64,000 nucleotides of DNA from an uncultured Chloroflexia bacterium (GTDB lineage Bacteria; Chloroflexota; Limnocylindria; Limnocylindrales; CSP1-4): positions 149,600 through 213,599 of the forward strand of contig CAVXEB010000007.1 in the NCBI GenBank assembly GCA_963760735.1, written 5' to 3'. Made by a program: the position numbers and the translations under genes. Position 1 is the first letter of the stretch, and the number at the start of each line of letters is the position of its first letter. Of the stretch, positions 48,888-57,830 are shown piece by piece. The notes below the pieces were generated by a model, which was given only the letters and a program-made list of their open reading frames with translations, searched no databases and was not told the DNA's origin.

Positions 48888-49531
48888 GGCATGGGCTCCT
48901 GTCGTCGGTCGCGTCGGGCGACCACCGCCTCGAAGAGGAAGTGATAGACCTCCGTGTGGCGCTTCGCCTCCCACACGTCCTCGCCCCAGATGTAAGCGCC
49001 GTGGTCGGCGACGACGACCGCGAAGCTCGACGCGAACCGGGGATCGCCGAGGACCCGCGCCAGCTGCTCGGTCAGCTCCGCCTCGCGCGGCGTGTTCCGG
49101 ATGATGGGGAGCAGGTGGGTGTCGCGGTTGGCGACGCCGCGGATGCCCTTGAGCATCTCGAGGTCGCGGATCGCCACGTGGTCGGCGTCATCGGCCACCG
49201 CGAGATCGCCGGCGAGGACCGCCGACAGCGCGTGCGAGTGGACGACGCTCCGGGCGCCACGCTCCCGGGCGGCCATCGAGAAGATCGCGTTGCACTCGCT
49301 CGGGCGGAGCGCGGGGTTGTCGGGCCGGGCGAGGACGCTGCAGTCGGCCGGGTCGACGGTGAAGAACTCGTCCGGCCGGATCCGCTCCTTGTGGACGCCG
49401 GTCGGGGCCAGCAGGAGTCCGCCCCCGTCCGCCGGGCCGCAGATCCCGCCGCCGGTGCCCGACACCCAGCCCTTCGCGTAGAACACACCGAGCAGCTCGA
49501 CCATCAGCTCGCGGGTGGCCTGTTCGTCCAT
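48884..49531 (-). CDS. class II aldolase/adducin-family protein, methylthioribulose-1-phosphate dehydratase (MtnB)-like
   Basis: GWVSGTGGGI and HSHALSAVLA / metal-binding His motifs of the MtnB/FucA family. 215 aa. Confidence 0.65.
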   Translation of the reverse strand: MDEQATRELMVELLGVFYAKGWVSGTGGGICGPADGGGLLLAPTGVHKERIRPDEFFTVDPADCSVLARPDNPALRPSECNAIFSMAARERGARSVVHSHALSAVLAGDLAVADDADHVAIRDLEMLKGIRGVANRDTHLLPIIRNTPREAELTEQLARVLGDPRFASSFAVVVADHGAYIWGEDVWEAKRHTEVYHFLFEAVVARRDRRQEPMP

Positions 49532-49574
49532 GAGGGGATCGTAGGACGACGCGGGCCGTGTCGTCCCGGCAGGG

Positions 49575-50297
49575 TCAGGTCCGGAACGGCTTCGGATCGA
49601 TCGCCTGGTAGACGTAGGTGAAGAAGCACTGCAGCTCGTCGCGCTCCTTGTGCGACCAGAGCGGCTTCATCGTGCCCATCGGGTCGGACGTGTCGAACGT
49701 GATCGTGACGTTCGGGTCGCGGGGCCAGTTCGGGTCGCAGATCCGGAGGACGACCGTCGAGCCGTTCGTGTCGTAGCCCCAGGCCAGGACCTGGTGGTTG
49801 TGCGACAGGTCCTTGGGGTCGGCACTGACGATCCGGACAAGGCCGATCATCGCGAGCTTGCCTGCGTCGATCGTCTTCTGGATCGCCGGCCACTCCTGGC
49901 GGATCATCGTCCAGGTCCGGCTGTGGCGGTCGACCCCGACCCGGCCGAGGAACACGGACAGCTGTGACTCCCTGTCGGACCGGGTCGGGCTCATCAGCTG
50001 GAAGAAGCGCCACGGCAGGCGGCCGTCGTCGAAGCTCGTGATCTGACGGTTGACGATGTAGCGGTAGCGGTCCTCGCCGCCCGTCGGCTGGGGCGAGTCG
50101 CCCGGCGTCAGGCCGAGGGCGTACAGGTCCGCGGTCGTGAACGACATCCCGCCGCACAGCCCGTTCGCGGCGTCGCCGATGTCCAGGGTCGCCACATTGC
50201 CGAGCTTGAACTGCTGGATCGGGGTGTGCGGCCACGCGTTCGGGTAGATGAACCCGTTGACCTTCGGATCGAAGTTCGGGACACGAACACTGGCCAC
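49575..50297 (-). CDS. peptidase C39-like (papain-fold) domain protein, start uncertain
   Basis: GLCGGMSFTTADLYALGL (Cys nucleophile context CGxxS) and HNHQVLAWGYD (His motif) as in C39-like/BtrH-type peptidases. GTG 50297 preceded by GGAGGG. The upstream Arg-rich extension is rejected. Confidence 0.5.
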   Translation of the reverse strand: MASVRVPNFDPKVNGFIYPNAWPHTPIQQFKLGNVATLDIGDAANGLCGGMSFTTADLYALGLTPGDSPQPTGGEDRYRYIVNRQITSFDDGRLPWRFFQLMSPTRSDRESQLSVFLGRVGVDRHSRTWTMIRQEWPAIQKTIDAGKLAMIGLVRIVSADPKDLSHNHQVLAWGYDTNGSTVVLRICDPNWPRDPNVTITFDTSDPMGTMKPLWSHKERDELQCFFTYVYQAIDPKPFRT

Positions 50298-50500
50298 TGG
50301 CGCCCTCCGAGCTTGGTTGCGTCGTGAGCCTAGCCGGGGCTCGTCACCGCGCCGTCGCAGCGGACGCCTGCAGTATGGAGTCGACCCGGATCGTGTGACG
50401 ACGGCCCTCCCGAGGTTCCGGAACCTTATCCGGGCGCCGCCCCGCGGCTGGTCGAAATGGGTGATGCCGGCGGGCCTGCCGCTGGTCATCATGCGCGCGG

Positions 50501-51157
50501 ATGAACGCCAGGCAGTCCGATCTCACGAGCGCCGAGCTCGAGCAGGCACGATGGGTCGCGCGGTTCCTGCTCGAGCTGATCGACGCGTGGGCCGGTCTCT
50601 GGCCGGACATCCGGTTCGAGGACCGGAAGGGCCGGACCGCCGATTCGATCGTCGACATCGCCCAGGCGCGGTTCCTCGATGCGCTCGCGACGGTCGAGGT
50701 CCGCCTGACGTTCGCCGTGCCGACCCGACCCCTCCGCGGCTCCGCACCGAACCACCATCTGAGCGTCTGGCGCCACAACGCCGAGCCCGACAAGGGTTCG
50801 GTCGGTGAGTCGATCGCGATCGGGCCGAACCCCTCGGTCGGCTTCGTGCTGGATTCGTCGATCCGGTTGCTCGGCCGTGCGGGTGGCCCGCGGGGCAGCC
50901 CGGTGCCGATGCTCGCCCGGCTGCGGAACGTCGCGTCGGCCGAGCGCGACCTCGTCGAGCTCCGTGAGCCCCGGCAGCGGTCGGCGACGCGGCTCGAGCG
51001 GGCCGGCCCGGAAGGCGATGCCGCGCGCGACGCCACGGGACCCGGGGGCCGCGTCTCCGACTCGGGCAGGCGGGAGCGGGAGCGGAGGGCGGAGATGCGC
51101 CGGACGCGGTTCCTGCTGATCGGCCGCGATCGGCTGGCGGCGGAGCCTGCGGACTAG
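50501..51157 (+). CDS. hypothetical protein
   Basis: 218-aa ORF with coding-like composition in the N-half. C-terminal third is Arg/Glu-rich low complexity. No family recognised. Confidence 0.4.
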   Translation: MNARQSDLTSAELEQARWVARFLLELIDAWAGLWPDIRFEDRKGRTADSIVDIAQARFLDALATVEVRLTFAVPTRPLRGSAPNHHLSVWRHNAEPDKGSVGESIAIGPNPSVGFVLDSSIRLLGRAGGPRGSPVPMLARLRNVASAERDLVELREPRQRSATRLERAGPEGDAARDATGPGGRVSDSGRRERERRAEMRRTRFLLIGRDRLAAEPAD

Positions 51158-51828
51158 TCGGGCGCGGTCCCGTTCGGGACGAGCGCGACGCAGCAGTAGC
51201 CGTCGATCGGCTCGGCGCGCGCCTCGACCCCAGCCGCGTCGTAGTCGTCGGCGACCGCGGTCAGCATCGCGAGGTTGAGCGAACAGGTCAGCTCACGATG
51301 GTCGGTGGCGAGCCGATCGAACGGGCAGTTCCGCAGACGCACGACGCCATCCGGTCCGACCGCGGGTTCGTAGCCGCGCTCGGCCAGCGCGGCGACGAGC
51401 GCCGTCCGGTCGCGCGGCGCCGGTGCCTCCGCGGCGAGCTCATGGCCGCGCCGGGTCGCCGCCGCGAGCGCCTCCGTCCGGGCGTCGCCGGATCGCTCGA
51501 CCGCCTCGGCCAGGATCTCCGCGACCTCGTCGTAGCGGCGGGGCGGCAGGGACACGGACGTCTCGCGACCGCGCGCCCGGCGGTAGAACTTGGCCGGTCG
51601 GCCAGCCCCGGGACCGCTCCGACCGCTGCGCCGGTGGTACTCGACGTCGAACAGACCGGCCGCAGCGAGCCGGTCGAGGTGGAAGGCCGCCAGCGGCCGG
51701 CCGATCCCGACCCCGGCCGCGGCCGCGTCCCGATCGACTGCGTCGGGCTGGGCCACGACGAAGTCGTACAACGAACGCCGGACGGGGTCTGCCAGCGGTG
51801 CCAGTCGGTGGAGCGCGTCGTCGGTCAT
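51154..51828 (-). CDS. ArsR-like winged-HTH transcriptional regulator with C-terminal Cys-containing domain
   Basis: LADPVRRSLYDFV HTH. C-terminal CPFDRLATDHRELTCSLN. Divergent from the MFS gene, so it is the probable local regulator. Confidence 0.65.
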   Translation of the reverse strand: MTDDALHRLAPLADPVRRSLYDFVVAQPDAVDRDAAAAGVGIGRPLAAFHLDRLAAAGLFDVEYHRRSGRSGPGAGRPAKFYRRARGRETSVSLPPRRYDEVAEILAEAVERSGDARTEALAAATRRGHELAAEAPAPRDRTALVAALAERGYEPAVGPDGVVRLRNCPFDRLATDHRELTCSLNLAMLTAVADDYDAAGVEARAEPIDGYCCVALVPNGTAPD

Positions 51829-51957
51829 CGGGTCCCAACTCTATCGCACGCGTGGACTGGTCAAACAGTTGACCGCCTTGGTGGGTCGAGAGGCTCCGTC
51901 AGGGTCGCGGGCCCTGAGGTCGCGACCGGATTCGGCCCCGTCCCGTACGATCCGGCG

Positions 51958-53277
51958 GTGCCCTCGACGCCGGAACGATCCCTCTTCGCCCTCCGCGAGT
52001 TCAAGGCACTCGTCGGCGCCCGGGCGACGAACGCCCTGGCGGTCAGCGCCCTCGCGACGGTCGTCGCGTTCCAGACCTACCAGCTGACCCGCGATCCACT
52101 CTCGCTGGGCTGGCTCGGCCTCGTCGAGGCGATCCCGGCGCTGTCGCTCGTCTTGTTCGGGGGTCAGCTGGCCGACCGCCGCGAGCGGCGGACGATCGTC
52201 GTCGTGACCAGTGCGATCGTGACCCTCTGCGCGGTCATCCTCGCGGGCATCTCGCTCGCCGGCGCCACGCTCCTCGGCATCCTCGCCGTGATCTTCGCGA
52301 CCGGGATCGCCAGTGGCTTCGAGCGGCCCGCGCTGACCGCGCTCGAGGCGCAGGTCGTTCCACGCGAGGAGGCGGCCCGGGGCGTCTCGACGTTGAGCAG
52401 CGTCAGCCAGGGTGGCGCGATCCTCGGCCCGGCCGCGGGCGGCCTCGCGATCGCGGCGATCGGCATCCCCGCGACGTACGGGGTGATCGCGATCCTCCTC
52501 GCGGTCTCGACCGCCTGCCTGATGACGATCGGCCGGAAGCCGATCCCCGCGCCGGTCCTGGGCGAGCCATTCATCCAGAGCCTCCTCGGCGGGATCCGCT
52601 ACGTCCGCCGGACGCCGGCCCTCATCGGGTCGATGGCGCTCGACCTCTTCGCCGTGTTCTTCGGCGGCGCGATCGCCCTGCTCCCGATCTACGCGACCGA
52701 CATCCTCCATGTCGGGGCGATCGGGCTTGGCGTGCTCCGGACGGCGCCGTCGGTCGGCGCGCTGCTCGTGATGCTCGTGGCCACCCACCGCCCGCCGAGC
52801 CGGCACGCCGGTGCGACCCTGCTCGTCTGCGTCGCCGGGTTCGGGCTGAGCATGATCGTGTTCGGGGCGTCGACGGTCTTCGCCGTCTCGCTCATCGCGC
52901 TGTTCGTGTCGGGCGTCACCGACGGGGTGAGCATGGTGATCCGGAACACGATCCTCCGCGTCCTGTCGCCGGAGCGGATCCGCGGCCGGGTCGCCTCCGT
53001 GAACTGGGTCTTCATCGGGGCGTCGAACGAGCTCGGCGCGTTCGAGAGCGGCTTCGCGGCGAAGGCCTTCGGGACGGTTCCGAGCGTCGTTGGCGGCGGC
53101 ATCCTGACGCTCGCGGTCGTGGGAGCCACGGCCCTGCTCGTTCCGCAGCTCCGGACCCTGGACCTCGACACGGCGGAGCCCGGCGACGACGGGCTGGGAC
53201 CGATCGAGCCGCCGGGCCTGGTCGTCGAGCCGGTCGGCGCGTCACGTTCTCCCACCGGGCAGCTCGCCGAGGAGTGA
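51958..53277 (+). CDS. MFS transporter (EntS/enterobactin-exporter-like)
   Basis: 12 TM helices. MFS signature GGQLADRRERR between TM2 and TM3. GTG start at 51958. The upstream ORF-track extension overlaps the ArsR gene and is rejected. Confidence 0.8.
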   Translation: MPSTPERSLFALREFKALVGARATNALAVSALATVVAFQTYQLTRDPLSLGWLGLVEAIPALSLVLFGGQLADRRERRTIVVVTSAIVTLCAVILAGISLAGATLLGILAVIFATGIASGFERPALTALEAQVVPREEAARGVSTLSSVSQGGAILGPAAGGLAIAAIGIPATYGVIAILLAVSTACLMTIGRKPIPAPVLGEPFIQSLLGGIRYVRRTPALIGSMALDLFAVFFGGAIALLPIYATDILHVGAIGLGVLRTAPSVGALLVMLVATHRPPSRHAGATLLVCVAGFGLSMIVFGASTVFAVSLIALFVSGVTDGVSMVIRNTILRVLSPERIRGRVASVNWVFIGASNELGAFESGFAAKAFGTVPSVVGGGILTLAVVGATALLVPQLRTLDLDTAEPGDDGLGPIEPPGLVVEPVGASRSPTGQLAEE

Positions 53278-53284
53278 CGCGGGG

Positions 53285-54121
53285 CTAGCCGGTCGCGAAC
53301 GAGCGGACGAGGCCGAAGAACCCGTCGGGGTCGTCGAGCCAGAGGAAGTGGCCCATGCCCCGGAGGACCTCGAGCCGGCCGACTCCTGGCGCAAGCCCGT
53401 CGACGATCTCCCGGGACGCCCCGACCGGCGTGACGGGATCGAGGTCGCCTACGCAGACGAGGGTCGGCGAGGCGATCCGGGGCAGCTGGTCGACGATGTC
53501 CAGCCGGATCATCAGCTCCCCGCCGACGGCTCCGACCTCGCGGTTCGCGATCCGCCGGGCCAGGGCGTCGGCGTCCGGGATGTGGGGGCCGAAGGCCGCG
53601 AAGACCCGGTCCCACTCGGGGTCGCTCACCGCGTCGCCACCGTAGTCCCGCCGGGCGAGCTCGGCGACCTCGTCACCGGCGACCGTGCGAAATCCCTCCG
53701 TGAGCCGGTCGAGATCGAGCCGTGCCATCGTGGACGCGAGGATCAGGCCGCCCGCGTGACCCGGGTGACGCGCGCCGTACAGGATCGCGACGAAGCCGCC
53801 CATCGAGTGACCGAAGACGATCGGTCGGTCGATGCCGAGCGCGTCGCAGAATGCCCGGACGTCGTCGGCGCAGGTCTCGAACGTCCACGACGCCGGGTCG
53901 TGCCGAGCCGACCGGCCGTGGTCCCGGAGGTCGAGGTAGACGACCTGCATCGCGTCCGCGAGGGTCGCGAACCACGGCTTGAAGTAGCTGTGGTCGTAGC
54001 TCCCGGGCCCGCCGTGGACGAGGACGATCGTCGGACGCTCGCGCGTGGTCGGGCCATCCGGGACGACGGACGGGCCCTCGACGTCGAACCAGAGGCGGGT
54101 TCCGTTGACGTCGATCCGCAT
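53285..54121 (-). CDS. alpha/beta-hydrolase (proline iminopeptidase-like)
   Basis: HGGPG oxyanion motif, GHSMGG nucleophile elbow, C-terminal GHF. Confidence 0.8.
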   Translation of the reverse strand: MRIDVNGTRLWFDVEGPSVVPDGPTTRERPTIVLVHGGPGSYDHSYFKPWFATLADAMQVVYLDLRDHGRSARHDPASWTFETCADDVRAFCDALGIDRPIVFGHSMGGFVAILYGARHPGHAGGLILASTMARLDLDRLTEGFRTVAGDEVAELARRDYGGDAVSDPEWDRVFAAFGPHIPDADALARRIANREVGAVGGELMIRLDIVDQLPRIASPTLVCVGDLDPVTPVGASREIVDGLAPGVGRLEVLRGMGHFLWLDDPDGFFGLVRSFATG

Positions 54122-54132
54122 CGCGATGGCCG

Positions 54133-54846
54133 TCAGGCGCGGCCGTCGAGGGGGATCCGCGCCCCGTTGATCGTCGCCGCCTCGTCGCTGCAGAGGAACC
54201 GGAACACCGCGACGAACTCATCGGGCGTCGTCCAGCTCGCGTTCTTCGGGCTCGGCTCGCGCTCGCGGGCGTGCTCGGTGTCGATCGCCCGCGCCGCGAC
54301 GACGTTGACCGTGACGCCCGACGCCGCGACCTCCTTGGCGAGCACCTTGAGCAGGGTCTCCTGGGCGGCCTTCGTCGTGGCGTAGATCCCGGCGTGGGCA
54401 GGAGTGGACACCGTCGTGAACGACGTCACGGCGATGACCCGGCCCCAGCCGCGTCCCACCATCCCGGGCACCACCGCCCGGACGACGTTGAGCGTCGTCC
54501 AGAGATGCTGGTCGAGCATGAACCGGAGCTGATCAGGGTCGAGCACCGTGATCGCGGCACCGGGGACGAACCCGCCGACGAGGTGGAGGAGCACGTCCAC
54601 GCGGCCGAACCGATCGACCACACGGGCGACCGCGGCCGCCGCCTGCTCGGGGTCGCGGAGGTCGGCGGTTGCCGCCACCCATCGGTCGTCCGGGATCACG
54701 GCCTCCGCCGCGACTGCGGCAAGCCGGCCGGCGTCGGTGCCGACCAGCCCGAGGCTCGCACCGTCGTCGGCGAGCGCCCGGGCGGCGCCCCGCCCGAGGG
54801 CCCCGGTGGCACCGGCGATCAGCACGACTCGCTCGGTCGGGGACAT
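54133..54846 (-). CDS. SDR-family oxidoreductase
   Basis: N-terminal cofactor-binding GATGALG Rossmann motif, NVV(N)-like region and catalytic YxxxK context. ~237 aa, typical SDR size. Confidence 0.8.
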   Translation of the reverse strand: MSPTERVVLIAGATGALGRGAARALADDGASLGLVGTDAGRLAAVAAEAVIPDDRWVAATADLRDPEQAAAAVARVVDRFGRVDVLLHLVGGFVPGAAITVLDPDQLRFMLDQHLWTTLNVVRAVVPGMVGRGWGRVIAVTSFTTVSTPAHAGIYATTKAAQETLLKVLAKEVAASGVTVNVVAARAIDTEHAREREPSPKNASWTTPDEFVAVFRFLCSDEAATINGARIPLDGRA

Positions 54847-55017
54847 CGCCTTGCTCCTCGCCTCCGGTCGGTCAACGGGTCCGGTCGGCTCGGGCCCGCC
54901 CTGATCCTCTCACGGTCCCGAGCTTTCGCGCGGGCACCGGACCCACCGGCGTGTGGACCACCTCGCCGCGGCGGGGGCCGCGGCGTAGCGTCGGCGACGA
55001 CGACGGGGGCACGGCTG

Positions 55018-57817
55018 ATGATCGTCAACGGCAGCTTCGAGGACGGGCTCAAAGGCTGGCGGACTGTGTCCGGCGGGGCGTTCGGCGGCCAGCCCGTCGA
55101 TGCGTCGACCGTCATGGCCCAGGACGTCGTCCTGGACGGCCCTCCCCTCGTGCCCCTCGGCGGCGACTACTGGCACGTCCCCTACGAGATCGGTCAGGAC
55201 GGTGACCACCTCGTGCGCGCGATCGGCCAGGGGCCGGGCGTTCTCGAGTCCGACCCGTTCCGCATCGACGGGCGCTTCCTCGCGTTCCGGATCGGCGGCA
55301 GCGCCGAGGCCGGAGCCGTGGTCGAGCTCCGCGTCGCCGCCAAGTGGCTCGAGAGGAATCCGGTCTACAAGGCGCTCGACCCGCCCGACGCCGCCGGCTT
55401 CGTCGCCGTCCGGCGGGCGACCCCGAGCGGCGCCGACATCCTGCGCGAGGACGTCTGGTCAATGGAGGGCAAGCGCGGGACGACGCTCGTCGGCGGCCCG
55501 GGGAAGATCCGCCTCTCGGTCGACGAGCGCGGCACGCATCGCCTCCTCGCCGACCACTTTCGGCTGCTTCCGGACCGTCCGCCGCCGTTCCACCGCAAGC
55601 TCTGGGGCTGGGCCGACCTCCACTGCCATCCGATGGCCCAGGCAGGCTTCGGCGGCCTGCTCGCCGGCCACATGCATGGACCGGTCGAGGACCTCGGCTC
55701 CTGCGTGCTGCAACACGGCGTGAACCACGCGAGCGGCCTCCATCCGATCCCGATGCTCTCGGAGACCGGGCCGCGAACGAACGACGGATCGCTCACGGTC
55801 CCCGGCTGGACGATCGGGACGCCGGCCCCAGGTGAGCAGCTCGAGTTCCGGGGCTGGCCGACGTTCGACGACCTCACCCACATCAAGGTCCACCAGGACT
55901 GGATCCGGCGGGCGTGGGAAGGCGGTCAGCGGCTGATGTGCGCCCTTGTCGTCCACAGCGAGCTGCTCGCCACGGTCATGAACTCACCCCAGTCCGACCG
56001 CGACACGGTGGAGCCGCAGATCCGGATGCTCCGCGAGTTCGTCGCCCACAACGGGGCCTGGTGCGGCATCGCCAGGACGCCGGCCCGGGCTCGCGAGCTC
56101 ATCGAGGCGAACAAGCTCGCCTTCGTCCTCGGCATCGAGACCGATTTCGATCAACGGCTGGATCGACGCGACCGAGTTCTCATCCGATCCCAGCCAGGCC
56201 AACCGCGACGCGATCCACGCGGTGCTCCACCCGTACTTCAAATACCTCCGCGATCTCGGCGTCGTCCAGGTGAACCTCCTCCACCTCAGCGACAACGCTT
56301 TCGGCGGCATGGCCCTCTACGACTTCATGTTCATGATCAACTCGTGGTTCCGGACGGGCCGGCTGCCGTCGACGATCGACGGGTTCAGCGGCCGGGCGAC
56401 CGACGATCAGATCTCGCGGAAGGTCACCGTCAAGTCGACCGTCTGGGCGCAGCTCGACTCGCTGGCCCAGCAGATCGGGTTCCCGAGCGCGGCACCGATC
56501 ACCGGGCCCTGGACGCCGAACGGCGACCGGAACGCAGCGGGCCTGACGATTGCCGGTGAGGTGGCCGTGCTCGAGGCCATGCGTTTCGGGATGGTCATCG
56601 ACCTCGACCACATGTCCGAGGTCAGCGCCATCACGGCGCACGACATCGCGACCACCGTCGCCTCGCCGGGCGTCTATCCGCTCGTCTCCGCCCACAACGG
56701 CGCGCGGCGGATGGCGCCGCGGGCGCTGGCTCCCGACAAGCCCATCCCTGCATCGACTCCGCCGCCGCCGAAGTCGGAGTTCCGTCGCTCCCCGCACGCC
56801 CACCCCAATGAGAACGCGAAGTCCGACGAGCAGCTCGGCTGGATCCGCGAGACCGGCGGGATGTTCGGCCACGGCACGGCCGGTGCCGATTCGCGGTCGT
56901 GGGGCGCGGTCGCGAACGATTGCCCGGGCTCGTCGAAGACCTTCGCCCAGGGCTACGAGTACGTCCGGGCGGTCATGAGCACCGACGCGCAGGGCGCGCC
57001 GTTGCCGGTCCCCGTCGCGGTCGGGCTGGGCACAGACTGGAACTCGCTCCTCGAGGGCGCGGGGCCGCGGTTCGGGCCGCAGTCGGCCCACGGTCTCGGC
57101 GGCGAAGTCGAGGCGTCGGCGACCGGCGCGCTGAAGGACGTCGTGCTGGCCGAGCGCCGGGACGACGTCAAGGCCCAGTCGTCCCCCGTCCTGTACGACA
57201 CCGGCCTTGCCGTCTGGAACCGGCACCGGTTTCCGGACGGCGGGCTCTACGAGGGGACCCGGGTCGCAACCGAAGGAAGTCAACTGTGGCAGGCGACGGC
57301 GATCGTCCGCATCGGCATCGATACGGCGACGGCCGAGGCGGGCGAGCCTCTCGCCGAGGCCGTGCGAGAGACGATCCGCGGACTCCGCGGCGAGGCATCG
57401 ATGGCGGCGACGCAGTCGGGTGTCGACTGCTACCGAGCCGGCCAGCTGCGCGACGACACCGCGGCCGTCGGGCAAGCGCTCACGAACGAAGGGCTGCACG
57501 TCGAGGCGCTCGTCCTGACCCTACGGGACATCGACGCCCAGTGGACCGTGGTGACCAATTCGGGCGCCCCTGGTGCCCCGAGCTCGCCGCAGACCGACGT
57601 CCTCACTCGGTCGACGGCAGGGAAACGAGAGTTCGACTACAACCTCGACGGGCTCGCCCACTACGGAATGATCCCGGACATGTTCCAGGACCTGAAGAAC
57701 GTGGGGTTCCCGATGGACGCCCTGCGCTCCCTGTTCGGCTCCGCCGAGCAATACGTGCGGACGTGGGAGCAGAGCGACGCCGTCGGTCGGGGATTGCCCG
57801 ACCCGATGCCGCGATGA
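55018..57817 (+). pseudogene. M19 (membrane dipeptidase)-like amidohydrolase with extra ~190-aa N-terminal domain; reading frame broken by +1 shift near 56150-56165 (pseudogene or sequencing error)
   Basis: Frame 1 (from ATG 55018) carries WADLHCHP (DxHxD-type zinc site) and AFVLGIETD, then degenerates. Frame 2 (ORF 56222-57817 and the ~20 codons upstream of it) carries YFKYLRDLGVVQVNLLHLSDNAFGG, VIDLDHMSEVS and GLGTDWNS. These are the next M19 motifs in the correct order. Confidence 0.6.
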
Positions 57818-57830
57818 CGCAGGTGCGCTG

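Noticed and set aside
54271-56559. 762-aa ORF as a single gene
   Set aside because: Residues 1-249 are antisense to the SDR gene (54133-54846) and RD-rich. The plausible start is ATG 55018. The 3' ~130 codons after GIETDFDQ are out-of-frame read-through past the frameshift.
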